A stretch of 64,000 bases of DNA, taken from Malacoraja senta. Its lineage: Eukaryota. Location: NCBI GenBank assembly GCA_038087875.1, contig CM075994.1, positions 9,488,001 through 9,552,000 of the forward strand, read 5' to 3'. A program made the position numbers and the translations under genes. This document shows, in pieces, positions 58,908 through 64,000 of the stretch. Position 1 is the stretch's first letter. Each line of letters begins with the position of its first letter. The notes beneath the pieces were generated by a model. The model did no database searches, was not told the DNA's origin, and saw nothing but the letters and a program-made list of their open reading frames with translations.

Positions 58908-61426
58908 AGCAAGTGCATAATAATAATGCACAGTGCAATCTTCTGGGTGCTTTTTGTCTGAAGATCAGGGATAATGAGTCTTAACACTTGATTTCCAAGA
59001 GATGAGCAACTTAATCTAACAGATGTGCAAATCCTTTTCATTTCAAAATCAGTAACCCTCATCCACAATGCTTGATATTTGCAATCATTTCATATGGATA
59101 ATAATAATAATCATATAGCTTGGAGCTTGTACCATTACTCTGTTCATCTGTTGCCGCATCTCAATAAAGTACTGATTTTCAAAAAAAAGTGAGTGTAATT
59201 CTATCTTTCATAAGTTCCAGGAGCAGGATCAAGCCATTCGGCCCATCAAGTCTACTCTGCCCTTCAATCATAGGCGTTCTATCTTTCCCTCTCAACCCCA
59301 TTCTCCCCATAACCCCTGACACTTGTGCTAATCAAGAATCTGTCAAAGCCTCGATCAAATTCTTCAAGGCAATTTTATAAACTGCCTCACATGTTATTGT
59401 AATTATAACTACACTGTATAATTCTGTGGCACGGTGGTGTAGAGGTAGAGTTGATGCCTCGTGGCGCCAGATGTGCTGGAACCATACTTGAGGCTGTGAC
59501 ACCCAGAAAACGGGCAGCTTTAGTGAGACTGTGTTTAGCTGGGTCGGGTTGGCGTCGAGGTTATGGGCTGTGTCCATAACGGCCGATCCGAATAAGTTCA
59601 GACCGTCGGGGTCACCAATGTAGCGAGACCAAACAGGTAGAGTAAAATAGTTTTATTGTGAAAACAACATTTAAATTACACCAGCTGGACAACTGAAGAC
59701 CACCATCTGGACAACTGACCACTCTCAACAGCCAGGTCAACATTCACGTGACAGGGTTCCGGCCTCTGACAGTTGTCAGGTGTCAGTTTGAGGATGATAT
59801 CTGCCTAATTTGAGGAAGGACATTCTTGCTATTGAGGGAGTGCAGCGTAGGTTCACCAGGTTAATTCCAGGGATGGCGGGACTGTCATATGCTGAGAGAA
59901 TTCAGCGGCTGGGCTTGTATACTCCGGAATTTAATAGGATGAGCGGGTATCTTATTGAAACATATAAGATTATTAAGGGTTTGGACATCCAAGAGGCAGG
60001 AAACATGTTCCCAATGTTGGGAGAGTCCAGAACCAGGGGCCACAGTTTAGGAATAAGGGGGAAGCCATTTAGAACGGAGACAAGGAAACACTTTTTCACA
60101 CAGAGTTGTGAGTCTGTGGAATTCTCTGCCTCAGAGGACGGTGGAGGCCGGTTCTCTGGATACTTTCAAGAGAGAGCTTGATAGGGCTCTTAAAGATAGC
60201 GGAGTCAGGGGATATGGAGAGAAGGCAGGAACGGGCTACTGATTGGGGATGATCAGCCTTGATCACATTGAATGGCGGTGCTGGCTCGAAGGGCCGAATG
60301 GCCTACTCCTGCACCTATTGTCTATTGTTTTGTATTTCTTCAAGATCTTTGTTAGCTAAAATCACTCTCACATTTTCCTTGTATGTCTTTACCCACATCA
60401 CCAGGAACTTTACGAGTATTGTCAGTTACCTGTTGAAAACCTGCAAGTTATTCGCTAATGTTTCGCCACGTTTCTCGAGGGAAGTGGTAGCTTGTGGGAA
60501 GAATGGAAGAATGGCACTGCTGGCTAGAAGGGCCGAATGGCCTACTCCTGCACCCATTGTCTATTGTCCAACTGGATGTGAAAGTGGGATAAAATAGAAC
60601 TTGTGTCAGAAGGTCATAAGGGATAGGAACAGAATAAGGCCATTAGGCCCATCAAGTCTGCTCCGCCATTCGATATTGGCTGATCTATCTCACCCTCCTA
60701 TCCCCCTTCTCCTGCCTTCTCCCCATAACCTCTGACACCCGTACTAATCAAGAATCTGTCAATGCCTTAAAAATATCAATTGAATTGGCCTCCACAGCCT
60801 TCTGTGGCAATGAATTCCACAGATTCACCACCTTCTGACTAAAGATATTCCTCCTCATCTCTTTCCTCAAGGAACGTCCTTTAATAAGCAAACTCGGTAT
60901 TACAACTGCCCAGGTCATGGGTCATTCCGGATAAACATTCTCGCCAGCTGAGCGACTGTGTGTGTACGGACCTATAAGTGAGTTCGGTATCTCGATAAAC
61001 GCAAGGAATCATGGGATTTGTCAAAGGTCATTCGGGATAAAAAAGCGGACTCAGTGCTGTATAAACTGTATAAATTGTGAACTATTCCACCAAGGAATCT
61101 AGAATTCTGTCAACTCAACAGCTTCCTGTCTTGTTCTGCTGTTCACACACGTGACTCACACAGTCCCAGTTCTAGTTCAGTTCATTATTCTGCATTTATT
61201 CAAAAAGTTAAAGAATTTATTATTTTCATTTAATCCTTAATGTGTTTGCTACTGGAATAAGAAACTGTTACTTGTGTTTGAAACATTTTCTTATCTTAAT
61301 TCATAATTTATGTGTAAAAATATATTTAATCTGAGGCAGGCAGCGACTGTATCAGTGTGATGTGGGCTGATGTTTTACCTGCAGGTGGTGTGAATGTACC
61401 GTTAAGGCAAAGATTCATCTCCGAGG

Positions 61427-64000
61427 AAAATAGTAAGATTAAACAAGAACTTACCAGTTTGAAGTTTGATCTTTATTTTATGAGGAGTTACGATGAGCGA
61501 TTACGTGAAGAAGGCCGTCAAGGCGCATGCGCGTCAATCTTCAAAGCAAACGGTGTGAAATCACAGATAACAGTAGTTGAACTAACATAGTAAGATTAGA
61601 GATGACTAGAACTACCAGATGATCTTTATGATACGAGGGTTGGGAGCGGATTGCACGTAATCGATCATCGTAACTCCTCATAAAATAAAGATCAAACATC
61701 AAACTGGTAAGTTCTCGTTTAATCTTACTATTTTACTTCGGAGTCACATGAGTGACTACGTGAAGATTTTGAAGCTCTGTGATTTCATGCCATGGAAAAA
61801 TGAGTCCACACAAGCACGACTGCATCAGTTGACCACAGATAAGGGAAAACATGAATAATGCATACATACATGACATAGATTTAAAACGTGCTGATGCTGA
61901 TAAATGAACAAATAATAATAATAGTAACCCCTCTCATCCGGGGGGAAACTATAAAATAGAACCTAAAATAGAGTTGGCAAACACCCCTGGTCTGGCAATG
62001 GGTTAAAATAAAATGTTTGGAAAACTCGTTCGTTAGACCATCCTGCAGTCGGCAGGATGTGGTCCAGAGGACCGTACATAACCCTTGCTGCTAATGTAGT
62101 AGCAGCCCTGGTGGAGTGAGATTCGAAAATTAGAATCTATTCCTGTATAAGGCAGAACCCCGTTTTAACCACCTGGAGGTGGTCTGAACTGATACCTTCT
62201 TATGAGGTTTTTAGTAACTAACTACATAGGTAAAAATGGGAGCCTCTAAGGCTCTAGGTGACCTTGACGTAATGTTGTAAATGTGTGACCACACATAACC
62301 GAAGGTGCATGGGGTATGCCATGAGAACTAGTTTGAGACCTGACACCCCTGGGCTGCCCTGCTTAACTAAATCGTAAACATGAAATATTATATTATTAGC
62401 AGGAATAACCATCCTGTCCAGTCGCAATTTATGTAATGACTGGACCCGTTGCGCTGAGAACAGCACAAAGGGGAAAACTACCTTATGAGAGCCGAGCCAA
62501 AGATAGGTATATAGCTGGAGCGCCCTGGTGAAGTAGTGTTAACACAATGTCAATATCCCATACTTCTGTGTACTTGGGTCTGGGAGAACTTGTGTAAAGA
62601 TATCCTTAATAAACTGGATATCAGAGGGTGAGACCCGACAGAGCGGGTCCCGCTCGCAGCAGCAAATATGATGAGAAAGCACGTTGGGCACAGTTAATGG
62701 GACTATAACTTAATTTATTGTCAAGGGCCCATTGAAAATGAACTCTAAGACGACAGTATCTGTGCCGTATTATATGTAACATAGCATTTAAACAGAACGC
62801 TTCCCATCTCCTGACGAGGAAATGTTCTGCTTATTTGGTGCTATCCCTGCACTCTGCAGTGAGCACACACATGGATCGGTCTGACACCCCGAGCCGCATG
62901 AGCTGTCTTCTCAGATTCTGTAAGGCAATGAATTGATTAATCATGCAGAGGCTGGTTCCCCGAGTCCCAGGCTGAACCAGCAAAGTTTTATGTTTAGAAA
63001 ACCCATATAAGGTTCTACTATAATTCCCAACATTCGCGGGAAACCATGGCTACATAGGCCAGTCAGACAGTACGAAAACCCTGAAGCGGGATCTTGCTGA
63101 ATTTATTGCAAGACCCGACTGATGAGGCAAAATGGAGCATCGACATAAAAGAACATTCCTTCCCCGTGTAGCGAGAATGTATCTCTCGCCACTGTGATGC
63201 CACATGTCTTTACAACAGGTGAATGAGCCTGGATGCAAACATATCGATATTTGGTGTTCCATCGAGCCATAATGTCATAAAATACTTTGTGATCCAACAT
63301 TCATTCTGTGTTGTCATTGATTTTACGTGATGATACACCAGCGCCAAATAAAGTTGGGTAAATTATGACAGGACACTTTGGCTTGATTGCACCCATGTGA
63401 CCAACATATGCCACCACCACAGTGTATCAACCTGGAACTGAGCATGCAGATCATGCATATCCGCACAATAACCCTTTAACCCATAGTATGCACCTAGTGT
63501 CTATAGGTAGTTGATACCAATAACTGAAGAATTGTTAATTCATGCAAATCCCATTCGCCTCCGTAACTAGAGATGGCATTCGCAATTTTCCATCTTTGAG
63601 CACTAGCATCAGTCTGTAATAACTGAAGTTTTATTGACCAAAGCTACTGGAGCAATACTGAATATTGTTCGTCCACCATTGTGACTTTGATGGCTTCAGC
63701 TGGTAATAGCATAGGTCTGTTAACAATGGCACTTGAGAGGTTATTACTTTGCACGTTGTAAGATCTGATAATGCAAAGGCCCAATTGCACAGCTGAAACA
63801 TAGCTGCTATATTGCCAATTACACTTGATGAATAGAAGACTGCTTGATAACAAGGTTGTTACAGGCTTCTATTGATTCCAATCTCTACCCCAGGGTGGAG
63901 CCACAGATAAATTAATAGTTAAAGATAAAACCGAATAATCAATAACTGTAGTTGGTAGCAACTTAAATTTAACTGGATGGATGAGGAACCTCAATTTCTC
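61427..64000 (-). mobile_element. DIRS1-like tyrosine-recombinase retrotransposon, 3' part, degenerate (continues past window end)
   Basis: Minus-strand YR motifs SAQRVQSL...LCVV and SHSTRAA....A...AGWS...FQTF. RNase H LQTDAS at ~63600-63620. About 80-bp inverted repeat 61427-61507 / 61654-61734 matching the terminal repeat/ICR arrangement. Confidence 0.85.

Overview
Eukaryotic, repeat-dense genomic DNA, most likely from a cartilaginous fish (probably a skate or ray, inferred from the HE1/V-SINE-like, CR1 and Penelope-derived repeats). The only host genes I can support are a tandem cluster of small Ly6/uPAR (three-finger, CD59/Ly6-like) genes with a GPI-type tail. Two copies are complete with three coding exons (B 17114-19671, C 51703-58907). 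One copy (A, 3606-4557) has its signal-peptide exon outside the window. Three relic copies of the signal-exon region also occur: D (inverted orphan exon), E (inverted, exon deleted) and F (truncated). The paralogues have nearly identical signal exons, GPI tails, UTRs and introns, but strongly diverged LU-domain loops with few synonymous changes, which suggests diversifying selection. The rest is nested transposons: a near-complete Tc1, an L1/Tx1 3' half, many CR1 and Rex1/Babar pieces, Penelope fragments carrying hammerhead-ribozyme-like cores, hAT relics, head-to-tail Helitron arrays with a PIF1 helicase remnant, and a DIRS1 end. Large inverted duplications straddle the first coding exon of copy C. 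There is a 200-N assembly gap at 38938-39137.
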